Source of the DNA: Promethearchaeota archaeon
GTDB lineage: Archaea; Asgardarchaeota; Lokiarchaeia; Sigyniarchaeales; SOKP01
Direction: 5' to 3'
Assembly (NCBI GenBank): GCA_048938005.1
Contig: JBHLMQ010000002.1
Location: forward strand, 107,784 to 171,783
Length of the DNA: 64,000 nt
The position numbers and the translations under genes are program-made. Position 1 is the first letter of the stretch. Every line of letters starts with the position of its first letter. Below are positions 30,288 through 40,299 of this stretch, one piece after another. The notes beneath the pieces are model-generated. The model saw only the letters and a program-made list of their open reading frames with translations. It was not told the DNA's origin and ran no database searches.

Positions 30288-31523
30288 ATGAATGATACTG
30301 AAAAAGAAGCCATAGAAATTAGTCAAATAAAAGATTTTGTAAATGATGGGAGATTTGACGATGCCGTACAGATTATTGCATTATATATTGGAGATGCTCT
30401 TGAAAGCGAATATTTAGATAGACTTGAAAATGTAATAGAAACCCTTTTGACCTTACATGGCGGGCGTACTGTATTACGGTTTTTAATAGAAAATCTTATA
30501 ATTGATATCCCATCTTTGTTGGAAAACCTGTCGAACCGAGATCCTGTTTTGCGATTCACGTTTTTATTACTCCTAAAAACGATTTGTGAAAAAGAATGTG
30601 ATCTCTTTCTTCCGTATAGTGAAGATTTGGTGAATTCAGAAGATCCTAATGTTCGAGAAGCTGCTTTACAATTATTAATTTATATGGCCGGTGGAGAGGC
30701 AATAATAGATGATGACACTCTTATTAAAACCATATTAATAAAACTAAGTGATGAAAAAGATTTCGTAGCAGAAAAAGCAATTCAAGCTTTAAAAACTATT
30801 GGAATGAAATCTCCCAAATTAATGACAAAAATTCTGACTGATTACGCTAAAGAGATTTCTGAGATGCCTGAAAATGAAGAATTAATAAATTCTATAGATC
30901 AAATTTTAAAATCAATTGTTACTGTTGATAAAATTGAAGAAATTGTGGAAGAAGAAATTGAACGGTCTGAAGTAGAAGAGAAGGAATATTTGGGAAAAGA
31001 GAAATCAGAAATATTGGATAAAGAATTTGAGCTTAAAAAGAAAGAATTAGAGATTAAGAAAAGAAAATTAGAAATAGAAGAAAAAGAGAAAGAAATTGAA
31101 GAAAAAGTAATTCAAAAGAAAGAAGAAGTTTTAAAGCTTAAAAAAGAAATTTTAGAAAAGGAGGGCGAAATAGGGGAAGAAATTGAAAAAAAAATCCCTA
31201 AAAAACTCAAGAAAAAGGAAGAAGAAATAATTGATAAAGAAATTGAATTAAAAAAGAAAGACTTAGAAATAAAGAAAAAGAAATTAGAGCTAGACGAAAA
31301 AGAGAAGGAATTGGAAGAAAAAGAGATTCTAGAGAGAGAAAAGGCATTAAAATTGAAAGAAGAGTTAATAGAAAAGGAAAAAGAATTATCTCTAGTTGAA
31401 TTAGAACTAAAACAAAAATCTATTCAAGAAAAAGAACAGGAAATTAAAAAAGAGGAATTAAAAAGAGTTGAAAAAGAGCTTGAAAAAATAAAAGAAAAAG
31501 AACAACATAATGATGAAAATTAA
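30288..31523 (+). CDS. HEAT-repeat protein with long Lys/Glu coiled-coil tail
   Basis: DPVLR, DPNVREAALQLL and DFVAEKAIQAL HEAT repeats, followed by about 190 aa of K/E heptads. Confidence 0.85.
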   Translation: MNDTEKEAIEISQIKDFVNDGRFDDAVQIIALYIGDALESEYLDRLENVIETLLTLHGGRTVLRFLIENLIIDIPSLLENLSNRDPVLRFTFLLLLKTICEKECDLFLPYSEDLVNSEDPNVREAALQLLIYMAGGEAIIDDDTLIKTILIKLSDEKDFVAEKAIQALKTIGMKSPKLMTKILTDYAKEISEMPENEELINSIDQILKSIVTVDKIEEIVEEEIERSEVEEKEYLGKEKSEILDKEFELKKKELEIKKRKLEIEEKEKEIEEKVIQKKEEVLKLKKEILEKEGEIGEEIEKKIPKKLKKKEEEIIDKEIELKKKDLEIKKKKLELDEKEKELEEKEILEREKALKLKEELIEKEKELSLVELELKQKSIQEKEQEIKKEELKRVEKELEKIKEKEQHNDEN

Positions 31524-32569
31524 TCATTTTCCTCTCCTTCTTCTTCAAATTCTCTACTTGATTCTGGTTTATTCTCACTAATTGGGGTAGTATGCAACCT
31601 TCTTACCAATTTTCTAATTTCTTCTATTTTCATACTCTCAGGTGGCAAACTAAGCTGGATTTTTTTTGCAAGATCGTAAGCTAATTCAATATATTGTAGA
31701 TCTTCGAGAAATTCTATGATCTGGATTTTATAATCTATATCATCTGCACCTTCACTGTATTCCATCAATTTTTCCTTAAGTAAAATATCAATTTTATCAG
31801 ATCTTTCAGACCCTTTAACCGCCTTTACAAGCATTTTAAAGGAATTCATAATGTTATACATTTCGGATTTAGCATAGCTATCAATGTTTTTTAATACATA
31901 GAAGATGTAGAGCTCTGCTTTTTCCCATCTATTGAACTTTAAACTAGCCTCCACTAATGCTAATAAAGCCTGTTCATAGAGAAATTTACTTTCAATATTT
32001 GGAATAATTTTTTCGAAAATCCAATCAAGTAGATTTGGTTGGTTAAACTTATCAATTATATCGATTAAGAACTTTTCCACTGCAAAATATAATTTTGCAT
32101 TTTCAGTCTTCGTTGAAGAAAGAAAAGAAACAAGAGCATATTTAACACGTCCCATAGCGTCCTCTAAATTGAGAGGTGTCTCGCCAAATTTATAAAAAGC
32201 AGATTCTAGAATAGGAATGATTTTATCTTTGGCATCAAAATCATAAATAAAGTATTCACCCCAAGCAGGACTTGGACCCGTAACTTTCTTAACGGAAGCT
32301 ATTTTATTTTCTCCCACTGCACTTTTAACTCTTAATGCTGTAGGTTTTTTTGCTTTTAATTTTTCAGTTAATTCTTTAACTTGCACATCAGATAAAAACT
32401 CCAGAATTATTTTGTCTTTTTCTTTTGGGACAAACAATCTGAAATATACATCAGTATCATCCTCAAATAATAATTCCCTTAAGTCTTTTGGAAAGGTGAT
32501 TCCTGTTTTAGTTTTCTTTACTATCTCTTCAAAAAACGGTTGATCATCGGAATTCTGATTTTCTTCCAT
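31520..32569 (-). CDS. AbrB/SpoVT-like N-terminal domain + alpha-helical repeat protein
   Basis: KTKTGITFPKDLRELL resembles the AbrB swapped-hairpin motif; the C-terminal half is all-helical and TPR-like. Confidence 0.55.
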   Translation of the reverse strand: MEENQNSDDQPFFEEIVKKTKTGITFPKDLRELLFEDDTDVYFRLFVPKEKDKIILEFLSDVQVKELTEKLKAKKPTALRVKSAVGENKIASVKKVTGPSPAWGEYFIYDFDAKDKIIPILESAFYKFGETPLNLEDAMGRVKYALVSFLSSTKTENAKLYFAVEKFLIDIIDKFNQPNLLDWIFEKIIPNIESKFLYEQALLALVEASLKFNRWEKAELYIFYVLKNIDSYAKSEMYNIMNSFKMLVKAVKGSERSDKIDILLKEKLMEYSEGADDIDYKIQIIEFLEDLQYIELAYDLAKKIQLSLPPESMKIEEIRKLVRRLHTTPISENKPESSREFEEEGEEND

Positions 32570-32652
32570 ATGTATATTATTTTAATTATCCTTTTAAAAT
32601 TCATTATTGAGGATTTAAGAATAATTTCTTAAGCTTTTAGAATTAGGATTTT

Positions 32653-33255
32653 TTAACCACTTATATTAACTAATTCCACACCACGTTGTTGATAGTCCTG
32701 ATCAATAAAGCAGAGAATGGCATGGCCTTTATGATTATATACTATAGGAACGGGATAGGATTCTGCGTTCTCAATGAAACTTTTTTTAACAAACAAAGGG
32801 AGAATTTTATTACATACTCTGCATTCTACATGAATTTTCATAATTAAATCTAAATCTGCAAAATTCTTTATGATATCTTCAATAACTTCCTTAAATCCAT
32901 TAAAAATACTGGGGCTAAAATTACCATATGATAATATTACCGCTACATCGTATATTTCATTAAATTTTAAATCAACATATTCCAATAATGCTTCCAATAA
33001 TTGATATTGTACTTTTGGACTTGCCCCTATTGTATATATTAAATTATGTTTTCGGATATATACAAGTTTCATGTTTCCCTTATCTCTATGAAAAAAAATG
33101 TTACTAATAGGATTTTCTTTAACAATATTTAAATCTAAATCAAATCTTCTAAATGATCTTTCCGGTTTCCACTCAAACAAAGTAAATTTTTCATTACTAA
33201 TATTAATAAATTCAAGAAACTCCGCAATATTTTTATAGACTGGCATTAAATTCAA
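32653..33255 (-). CDS. Hypothetical protein, longin-like region + CxxC/His metal-binding domain
   Basis: KLVYIRKHNLIYTIGA...LLEALLEYVDLKFNEIY; CRVC...HKGHAILCFID. TTG start. Confidence 0.6.
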   Translation of the reverse strand: MNLMPVYKNIAEFLEFINISNEKFTLFEWKPERSFRRFDLDLNIVKENPISNIFFHRDKGNMKLVYIRKHNLIYTIGASPKVQYQLLEALLEYVDLKFNEIYDVAVILSYGNFSPSIFNGFKEVIEDIIKNFADLDLIMKIHVECRVCNKILPLFVKKSFIENAESYPVPIVYNHKGHAILCFIDQDYQQRGVELVNISG

Positions 33256-33410
33256 ATCAATTTGATTTAATTTCTATAAATTTAAATTCTGTTTTATAAT
33301 AGATTATATCCTTATAATTACATAATTGATACTTTAACCAATTAATAGGACTTCTCATATTTATATCTTAATTATAGAAAAAATAATTATGAATTGAATT
33401 ATTTAGTTGT

Positions 33411-34247
33411 ATGATGAGTTTTGCTTATACAAATGGAATAAAAATTTCTTATGAAGTTAGTGGAAGTGGATTTCCAGTAATACTTATCCATGGATTTGGT
33501 TCAAAAAAGGAAATTTGGAGGCCCCAGGTTATAGATTTTAGTAAAAAATTTAAAGCAATTACATTTGACCTAAGAGGAACTGGGAAAACTGATAGACCAA
33601 ATTATCCTTATACTATGGGAATGTTTGCCGATGACATAAAAGGTCTAATGGATTACCTACAAATTGAATCAACTCACCTCATTGGTAGGTCATTAGGTGG
33701 AATGATTGCTCAGAATTTTGTTTTAAAATATCCTCAATATGTGAAAAAACTTGTGTTAATAGCAACTAATGCAAAATTTGATGATGAAGCTACAATTGAC
33801 TTAATTATAGAGAATAGGATAAAGAATATTGAATTATTAAAGAAGGATCCAGATAAGGCATTTTGGAATAATTCAAGGTTTTTATACCATCAAAAATTTA
33901 GGCAAGAACTCAAACGAAATCCTAAAAAGAAATTCTATGGAGCTTTTTCTCTAGAAGACCTAATAGAAGAAAGTAAAATATATCCATCCAGACCTCAAGA
34001 TATTAAAAATCAAGGAAGTGCAATGAAATTACATAGTGCATTTAATCGTTTAAATGAAATAAAAAGTGAGACACTATTAATTGCTGCTTCTCATGATAGG
34101 CTCATCCCTAAATCATCTATGGATGAAATTCATAAAAGGATTCCAAATAGCAAATTTAAAGTAATTGAAAATGCAGGTCATTTTATGACTTTATCAAAAG
34201 CACCTGAGATTAATAAATTAATTTTAGACTTCTTAAAAAGTGAATAA
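33411..34247 (+). CDS. Alpha/beta hydrolase
   Basis: LIHGFG, DLRGTG, GRSLGG nucleophile elbow, HD, AGH. Confidence 0.93.
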   Translation: MMSFAYTNGIKISYEVSGSGFPVILIHGFGSKKEIWRPQVIDFSKKFKAITFDLRGTGKTDRPNYPYTMGMFADDIKGLMDYLQIESTHLIGRSLGGMIAQNFVLKYPQYVKKLVLIATNAKFDDEATIDLIIENRIKNIELLKKDPDKAFWNNSRFLYHQKFRQELKRNPKKKFYGAFSLEDLIEESKIYPSRPQDIKNQGSAMKLHSAFNRLNEIKSETLLIAASHDRLIPKSSMDEIHKRIPNSKFKVIENAGHFMTLSKAPEINKLILDFLKSE

Positions 34248-34291
34248 TAATTTGCTTATAATGAAATTAAAATAAAGAGGTTGCATCTTAA

Positions 34292-35134
34292 TTGAATAAA
34301 AAAAAGAAAAAAGAAGTAATTCAATCTTTCCAAGAAACCTATAGAGCTCCTGAATATAAAAATTTATCATTTACTATTATTTTGGTCCAACCTGAACACG
34401 CAGGAAATATTGGGTCAATAGCACGGATAATGGAAAATTTTGATTTTAATAATCTCGTGATTTTTAACCCAATTGAAAGTGTGGAAAATATTTTAAGTTA
34501 TGAAACTCAAGGATTTGCCATGCATGGTAAGGATATTCTTTCTAATGCAGAAATTATAGAAATTAATACACAAGAAAATCATTTACTTGAATTTCAGGAT
34601 TTTCTCAAAAAATTTGATTATATTATCGCAACAACGGCTAAGGGAAAACGATACTCAAATATAAGAAGATTAGCAATTTTTCCTGAAGATTTAAACCTCC
34701 CAATATCTAATAAACCTTTTAAAATTGCTCTTCTATTCGGAAAAGAATCTCGAGGGTTAACTAATGAGGAGATCAGCTTAGCGAATATACTTTTAAGAAT
34801 TCCAACAAGTAGTGAATATTCCGCATTAAATTTATCTCATGCTTGTGGAATTATTTTATATGAAATATTTAAAAAAGTCAATATTCTAAATATAGGTCGA
34901 GGAAAAAATCCAGTTTTAATTGCTGATCGAGAAGATCGTTTAATGTTATATAATATAGTAGAAAAAGTAATAGAGAAATTAAAAATTCGCTCCTATAAAA
35001 AAGAAAATGTATTTTTCGCATTTAAGAACATATTTGGGCGTAGCTTCATGTCGAAAAAAGAATTGAGCCTCATTTTAGGATTATTCTCTAAAGTTAATTC
35101 AATATTAGAAAGTTTAAATCTATATGAAAATTAA
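34292..35134 (+). CDS. SPOUT tRNA/rRNA methyltransferase, TrmJ/LasT family
   Basis: LVQPEHAGNIGSIARIMENF, FGKESRGLTNEE, YSALNLSHA. Confidence 0.93.
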   Translation: MNKKKKKEVIQSFQETYRAPEYKNLSFTIILVQPEHAGNIGSIARIMENFDFNNLVIFNPIESVENILSYETQGFAMHGKDILSNAEIIEINTQENHLLEFQDFLKKFDYIIATTAKGKRYSNIRRLAIFPEDLNLPISNKPFKIALLFGKESRGLTNEEISLANILLRIPTSSEYSALNLSHACGIILYEIFKKVNILNIGRGKNPVLIADREDRLMLYNIVEKVIEKLKIRSYKKENVFFAFKNIFGRSFMSKKELSLILGLFSKVNSILESLNLYEN

Positions 35135-35339
35135 ATAAAAAAACTTGAGTGGATAAATGTAGACTCATTCTTATAAAGAATATTTCAATTTCAGCTTATT
35201 GTGAGTTTATAATTATAAAAAAGAATACAAAAGTTATGTAATAGAAAACATAGCTTCTGTCTATTATTTATATTTATTAAAAATAGTACAATACAATTAT
35301 GGTATTTTTTTATAATTTCTGTGATATATTAATATCATT

Positions 35340-35804
35340 ATGACGATATCTTATGAAGCCTTTATAAAAAAGTACCAATTAGATGATTTTAAAAAGGGAC
35401 TAGAACTAAAAGGGCACGAAAAAATAAATTTTTACAATGAATTTAATGAGATCTTAAAAATTGTTTGCAGAATTTTTGATAAATTAACAACAATATCCTC
35501 TCTTAGAGGGGGTCAAGTATTAATGAGTTTAGCTAAATTACAGGCATCTGAATCTGTCATTAATAAGACAGATGTTAAAGGGTGTCTTAATATTGATAGG
35601 TTAGAGAAATTAATGCACGCTTTTGATTATTTAGAAGAACAAAACTATATTAAAATTGAAAGAAAAACTAAAAAATTTCATATTATCAAATTAAATGATA
35701 AAGATAATCCAGATTTTACATTATTTAAAGAAATTGTTCAAAAATTTTGGACTTCTCCTGAAGAAGATAAAGAAAAAGTAAAAAAATGGGGAGATTTAAA
35801 ATAA
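35340..35804 (+). CDS. Winged-helix protein
   Basis: INKTDV...LMHAFDYLEEQNYIKIERK...IIKL wHTH pattern. Confidence 0.6.
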   Translation: MTISYEAFIKKYQLDDFKKGLELKGHEKINFYNEFNEILKIVCRIFDKLTTISSLRGGQVLMSLAKLQASESVINKTDVKGCLNIDRLEKLMHAFDYLEEQNYIKIERKTKKFHIIKLNDKDNPDFTLFKEIVQKFWTSPEEDKEKVKKWGDLK

Positions 35805-36685
35805 TTGAATCTACTAAAACTTCTAAAGAATTAGATTTTGAAGATGATGAGAATATATCAAATTCTTATTATAAAATTAGATCGGAATTTCGTAAAAAAG
35901 GGATTAAACAACTCAAATATCTACTTACTGTTTTAATGATTCTTGTTATTTATTTTGCCATAATTTATCCAATTTTTCTAATTCCTAATAAAAATGCTGG
36001 AATCACTACATTACAGCCTTCTGATTTCGGTCTAACTATAAATTGGACCTTATTTAGCTTTGGAACTTATTTAATTTTTTATTTTATTAAGATTGTACTT
36101 ATGAGAGCTACTCCCTCTCTAAAAAAATATATTAAAAGTGAGATTGAAAATATAGGGTTTAAAACTCAGGAAAAAAGAAAGAGTTGGATTTCATTTTTAG
36201 TGTTAAATAGTATTGCTGTCTTATTATTATTTTTAATGGAGCTTAAGATTATTTATTTTCATAATCTCTTTTTTAACACGCTTTTTAGAGGAATTTTGAT
36301 AATTTATTTAATAATAAGCATTATTACTCCGATAATATGGCGGTTTTACTATGATGGGTTAATTGTTCCAATAAAAGGGAATTACCAAGTTTTTCTTAAT
36401 CCTCATTATAGTATCCGAAAAAGTAAAGTTAAAGATTATCAGCTTATTGGAATATATTTAACTTCAAATAGGATTGCTTTTAAATTTGATAAATACAAAA
36501 AAAGAATATATACAAAAATAGCAGGATCTAGATGGCTTCCAAGAAAAAGAAAATCTATAATATCTAAATATGGATTAAGCCCATTCCTACGATTTAATGA
36601 ATTCTCAACGCCTTTAAATTTTCAAAAACAATTCTTAAATATTGTTCTCGCTCTTCAAGAATGGGATATCAAAAAGTCATTGTAA
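35786..36685 (+). CDS. Membrane protein, 4 TM with basic C-terminal domain
   Basis: Four hydrophobic segments; overlaps the upstream ORF. Confidence 0.65.
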   Translation: MGRFKIIESTKTSKELDFEDDENISNSYYKIRSEFRKKGIKQLKYLLTVLMILVIYFAIIYPIFLIPNKNAGITTLQPSDFGLTINWTLFSFGTYLIFYFIKIVLMRATPSLKKYIKSEIENIGFKTQEKRKSWISFLVLNSIAVLLLFLMELKIIYFHNLFFNTLFRGILIIYLIISIITPIIWRFYYDGLIVPIKGNYQVFLNPHYSIRKSKVKDYQLIGIYLTSNRIAFKFDKYKKRIYTKIAGSRWLPRKRKSIISKYGLSPFLRFNEFSTPLNFQKQFLNIVLALQEWDIKKSL

Positions 36686-36823
36686 AAATTACTCAAAGAA
36701 AAATTAGATGAAAATTTGCACAAGAGAGCTAATTTACAAAAAATTATGAATTATAATAATCTCCTGAAAAAAGGTTAAATAGCTATTTTTGATACTATTT
36801 AATGATCGACAATAATGTAAAAA

Positions 36824-37123
36824 ATGGGAGTATTTTTGCGAGAAAAAGTTAAAGCAGCAATCTTATTAATTTTTGGATTTTATCTCTTTATTGTTAATCC
36901 TGTTATATCACTATTTAATCCCGTTAGAATACCATGTATTCCTAATCCTTATGGGCCAGACTGTATTCCATTAGATCCAATAGACTATTTTGAATTATGG
37001 TTAGTGCAGTATGGATGGTATACTATATTAATCGCATTGGGAGGATTATATCTGATTATTTATAGTTTTCGCCATTTTTTAATGAAAAAAGAATTAAATG
37101 ATTCTAAGGCAACTACATTATAG
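36824..37123 (+). CDS. Small 2-TM membrane protein with a Cys-Pro loop
   Basis: TM - IPCIPNPYGPDCIP - TM. Confidence 0.65.
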   Translation: MGVFLREKVKAAILLIFGFYLFIVNPVISLFNPVRIPCIPNPYGPDCIPLDPIDYFELWLVQYGWYTILIALGGLYLIIYSFRHFLMKKELNDSKATTL

Positions 37124-37137
37124 ATATTATATATAAG

Positions 37138-37833
37138 TTATATGAAAACTTTTTTTTGTAGCCTCACATATTCATTATAATCCAGGAACTCCTTTTCAAC
37201 ATACTCAAAAGCTATTTCAAATAATTGTCTGAAAAGTTCCTCAGGAAAAGCTTTTTGCCTAAATATTGCTTCATTTATTAATTCTTCAGTCAATATTTGT
37301 GAATTAATAGGCTGATGCCACACCAAAAATTTCATCATTGCCTTTTCTACTCTTGATCTAATGAGATTTTTTATGAAATTTAAACTAATATCTCTTTGCG
37401 GATCAATAAAATAAGGATAATTCATATCATCCAAGATTTTAATATAATCTAAGGAATTCGTTATTTTCTCTACACAATAATCTAATGAACTTATTGGAAG
37501 ACCGAATTTCTGACAAAAATCTTTCTTAGTTTCATGCTCTGGAAACGCGAAAGGATGCCTTGAGATAATATAATATGCTGCAATAAAAAATTTATATAAG
37601 TTATGAGGAATTTTCCCATTGTTCCTCAAATATTTGTAAATTACCGAAACTGTATCTACCATATAATCTGTGTTGATATCAAATTGTTGTAAGAATTCTT
37701 GACCATCTTTTATTAAATCGATTGTGATGCGCTCTTTGGTATTAATTTCCTCGTATTGAGGAGTATAGAGTTCTAACATTTCACACACACATTTTATACC
37801 TAATTTTAAATGTTGGCAATATCGGTATGACAT
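37138..37833 (-). CDS. Cyclin/TFIIB-repeat-like protein (likely start ATG at 37779)
   Basis: FIAAYYIISR...ETKKDFCQKFGLPISSLDYCVEKITNSL parallels the TFB repeat AACVYAACR...RTLDEIA...IARNL. Confidence 0.6.
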   Translation of the reverse strand: MSYRYCQHLKLGIKCVCEMLELYTPQYEEINTKERITIDLIKDGQEFLQQFDINTDYMVDTVSVIYKYLRNNGKIPHNLYKFFIAAYYIISRHPFAFPEHETKKDFCQKFGLPISSLDYCVEKITNSLDYIKILDDMNYPYFIDPQRDISLNFIKNLIRSRVEKAMMKFLVWHQPINSQILTEELINEAIFRQKAFPEELFRQLFEIAFEYVEKEFLDYNEYVRLQKKVFI

Positions 37834-37878
37834 TTCAATATTATTAAGATATTATTCACAGATTTCATATTTAAATGT

Positions 37879-37898
37879 ATGCATCACAATTGATGCAT
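37879..37898. promoter_or_regulatory. Palindromic operator candidate ATGCATCA-N4-TGATGCAT
   Basis: Perfect 8-bp arms in the divergent intergenic region. Confidence 0.5.
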
Positions 37899-37981
37899 TT
37901 AAGGATCAAAAGTGCAAATATTTATATACTTAGAAGATCATTTTTATCTCAGCAATTTAATTTTGTCGGGTTAACATTAAG

Positions 37982-38443
37982 ATGCCATCTGATCCTGAAA
38001 CTCAAGAGGAAATTGAAGAAAAACAGAAAAGAATTACTGTTAAACTAGATGGATTTGACCGTAAGGTCGTTAGTAAGATGGCAACAAATAGAAATATATC
38101 TTTATCACATACTATGAGAAATATAGTCCATCAATGGATTGAAGATAATCCCGATTTATTAAAAAATAATTATGGAATTGAAGTAGAAGAAATTTCAGAA
38201 GAAATTGCTTTAGAAACGGCAAGTATAACATTAAACAAAACTTTAAAGCCATATGAGAGAGATATAATATCAGAATTAGCTCAATTTTTTGAAATGGTAG
38301 ATGATGTGAGTTTAGACGATTTAGCAGACCATTTTGATGTTAGTGTTAAAGCGATTAAAAATATAATTTTTACTCACAGTGAAAAAATCAAGAAAACGGG
38401 AATAATCCTTAAATATAGAGGAGATCGAATTTACAAAGAATGA
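37982..38443 (+). CDS. Ribbon-helix-helix + C-terminal wHTH regulator
   Basis: KRITVKLD...MATNRNISLSHTMRNIV (RHH); VSLDDLADHFDVSVKAIKNII (HTH). Confidence 0.7.
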   Translation: MPSDPETQEEIEEKQKRITVKLDGFDRKVVSKMATNRNISLSHTMRNIVHQWIEDNPDLLKNNYGIEVEEISEEIALETASITLNKTLKPYERDIISELAQFFEMVDDVSLDDLADHFDVSVKAIKNIIFTHSEKIKKTGIILKYRGDRIYKE

Positions 38444-38471
38444 AATTATAATAGGAAGTGAAAACAAAAAT

Positions 38472-38741
38472 TTGGAGCCCTTAAAGCTGAAAGGCAGACC
38501 ATTTGTAGAAACAAAGATCAATGAGAAGTCTAATGGTCATTATGATCTGTCAACTATTATTATACCATTTTCTAAGATCTTCAAAGGTAAAAAACAATCA
38601 GATATTTATTCAGGAACAGAAAGGATTCCATTTAAAGAAAGAGATCCTGAGTATAAAATGATTTTAAGGCAAGAGTTTGCTAATACCTTAAAAGTTGAAT
38701 TTAAAATTTTTAAACCAGTTGTAAAATTTCCTTCTTTTTAA
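38472..38741 (+). CDS. Small protein, IIPFS-DIY-IPFKERD family
   Basis: Paralogous to 43650..43868, which supports coding status. TTG start. Confidence 0.75.
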   Translation: MEPLKLKGRPFVETKINEKSNGHYDLSTIIIPFSKIFKGKKQSDIYSGTERIPFKERDPEYKMILRQEFANTLKVEFKIFKPVVKFPSF

Positions 38742-38823
38742 TATCAAACCTAGTTATTCTTTCCAAATGACAACGCGGGTAATTATCGTTAACGTAATAT
38801 GCTAGCATTAGCATACAATTATA

Positions 38824-38843
38824 TGTACTTTATATAAAGTACA
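38824..38843. promoter_or_regulatory. Perfect 20-bp palindrome TGTACTTTATATAAAGTACA
   Basis: Self-complementary, contains a TTTATATA TATA-like core, about 130 bp upstream of 38975. Confidence 0.5.
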
Positions 38844-38974
38844 AAGGTTTGAGGAATTAGAGATTTGCATAAAATATACAAAAATGTTAAATATTAATAA
38901 AGAATTAGTTATCATAACCTGAGTTTTTGAAGAAATGATAAAATTTCTTTAAAATGAGGAGGTGAAATCTAATA

Positions 38975-40135
38975 ATGAATAAGAAAAGAAGAAATCACAT
39001 TTTCCGCATAATTTTACTGATGTTTGTCTCCTATTCAGTTTTTCATTATATAACGTTTGGTTTTTATATTAAGACAGAGAGGAATTTATTTACTGGAAAT
39101 ATTGCACACAAAGTAATTCCAAAAGAAAATCCAAGCTGGGATATAACGCCTTTAATAATTGATAGTAATTTTGCATGGGAATCTTTAACAAGCTATTCCT
39201 GGTGTTCTGGAAATGGTACTTTAACTGATCCATATATTATTGAAAATATTACGATTAACGGTTTAAATTCTGGTATATGTCTTTCAATCACATCTACAAC
39301 TGTCTATTTTATTGTTAAAAATAGTCGATTTTATAACGCTGGTACAGGTTTTGGAGATTGTGGAATAAAAATTGACTTTGTTATTAATGGAAAATTAATC
39401 AATAATAATTGTTCTGGTGGCAATTATGATGGTATCTATATAATTCGTTCTTCAAATATTAAGATTTCCAATAATAACGCAAGTTATAATGAATATAATG
39501 GGATTAATATAATATGGAGCACAAACATTACAGTATCAGATAATGAAATGAATCACAATGGTAATTCTGGTATTGCCTTAAATGGTTATAGCGATTATAA
39601 CATATCAAATAATATAATAATATATAATGATGAGGTCGGGCTTGAAGTGAGGGATGTTGATAATAGTACGTTTGTTGAAAACAGTATATCTAATAATGAT
39701 GATTATGCATTCCACTTTACCCACTGCAACAATAGTAAAATTTTTGAAAATGTAATGAATAATCAGACATGGGGAATTATATCATGGTTTTCCCATTTCA
39801 ATAATATCTCACTGAATAATATAAAAAAAAGTGAATGTGGTGTACACCTTAGTGGGAGTAATAATAATACGATTTCATATAATTCATTAAGTAATAATCG
39901 TATAGGGATAGAATTATCTAACAGTCACTATAATACGATTTCTCACAATTACCTTAAATGTCATTATGAATGTTTTATTGAATATGATTGTATAGATAAT
40001 ATTTTTGTAGATAATGTTTGTGAACCATGCACCGCTGCTATTCCTGGATATGATATTTGCTTTTTTTATACAATTATCTTTATAACCACTCTTAGTATAA
40101 TTATGAAAGTTAAATATAGAGGAAGAGAAAATTAA
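38975..40135 (+). CDS. NosD-like parallel beta-helix surface protein with Loki-CTERM-like anchor
   Basis: WCSGNGTLTDPYII, N-rich GIxL...NNxIxxN repeats, ends IPGYDI-TM-basic. GAGGAGGTGA RBS. Confidence 0.88.
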   Translation: MNKKRRNHIFRIILLMFVSYSVFHYITFGFYIKTERNLFTGNIAHKVIPKENPSWDITPLIIDSNFAWESLTSYSWCSGNGTLTDPYIIENITINGLNSGICLSITSTTVYFIVKNSRFYNAGTGFGDCGIKIDFVINGKLINNNCSGGNYDGIYIIRSSNIKISNNNASYNEYNGINIIWSTNITVSDNEMNHNGNSGIALNGYSDYNISNNIIIYNDEVGLEVRDVDNSTFVENSISNNDDYAFHFTHCNNSKIFENVMNNQTWGIISWFSHFNNISLNNIKKSECGVHLSGSNNNTISYNSLSNNRIGIELSNSHYNTISHNYLKCHYECFIEYDCIDNIFVDNVCEPCTAAIPGYDICFFYTIIFITTLSIIMKVKYRGREN

Positions 40136-40299
40136 AAAAATTAAAATACATATCAAAGCAGATTCAAATTCAAAAAATCACTGAGATCCTCAATATATAA
40201 TTTCCTTCTTTTTAATATCTGGCCTTGTATTTTTGGCTTTTTTTAATATAACTGAAAATTTAAGAATTCTTTTACAAGCTTAATAAATTTTTTAATAGA

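Noticed and set aside
40150-40290. Possible minus-strand gene remnant
   Set aside because: Short reading with an internal stop and no recognisable similarity.
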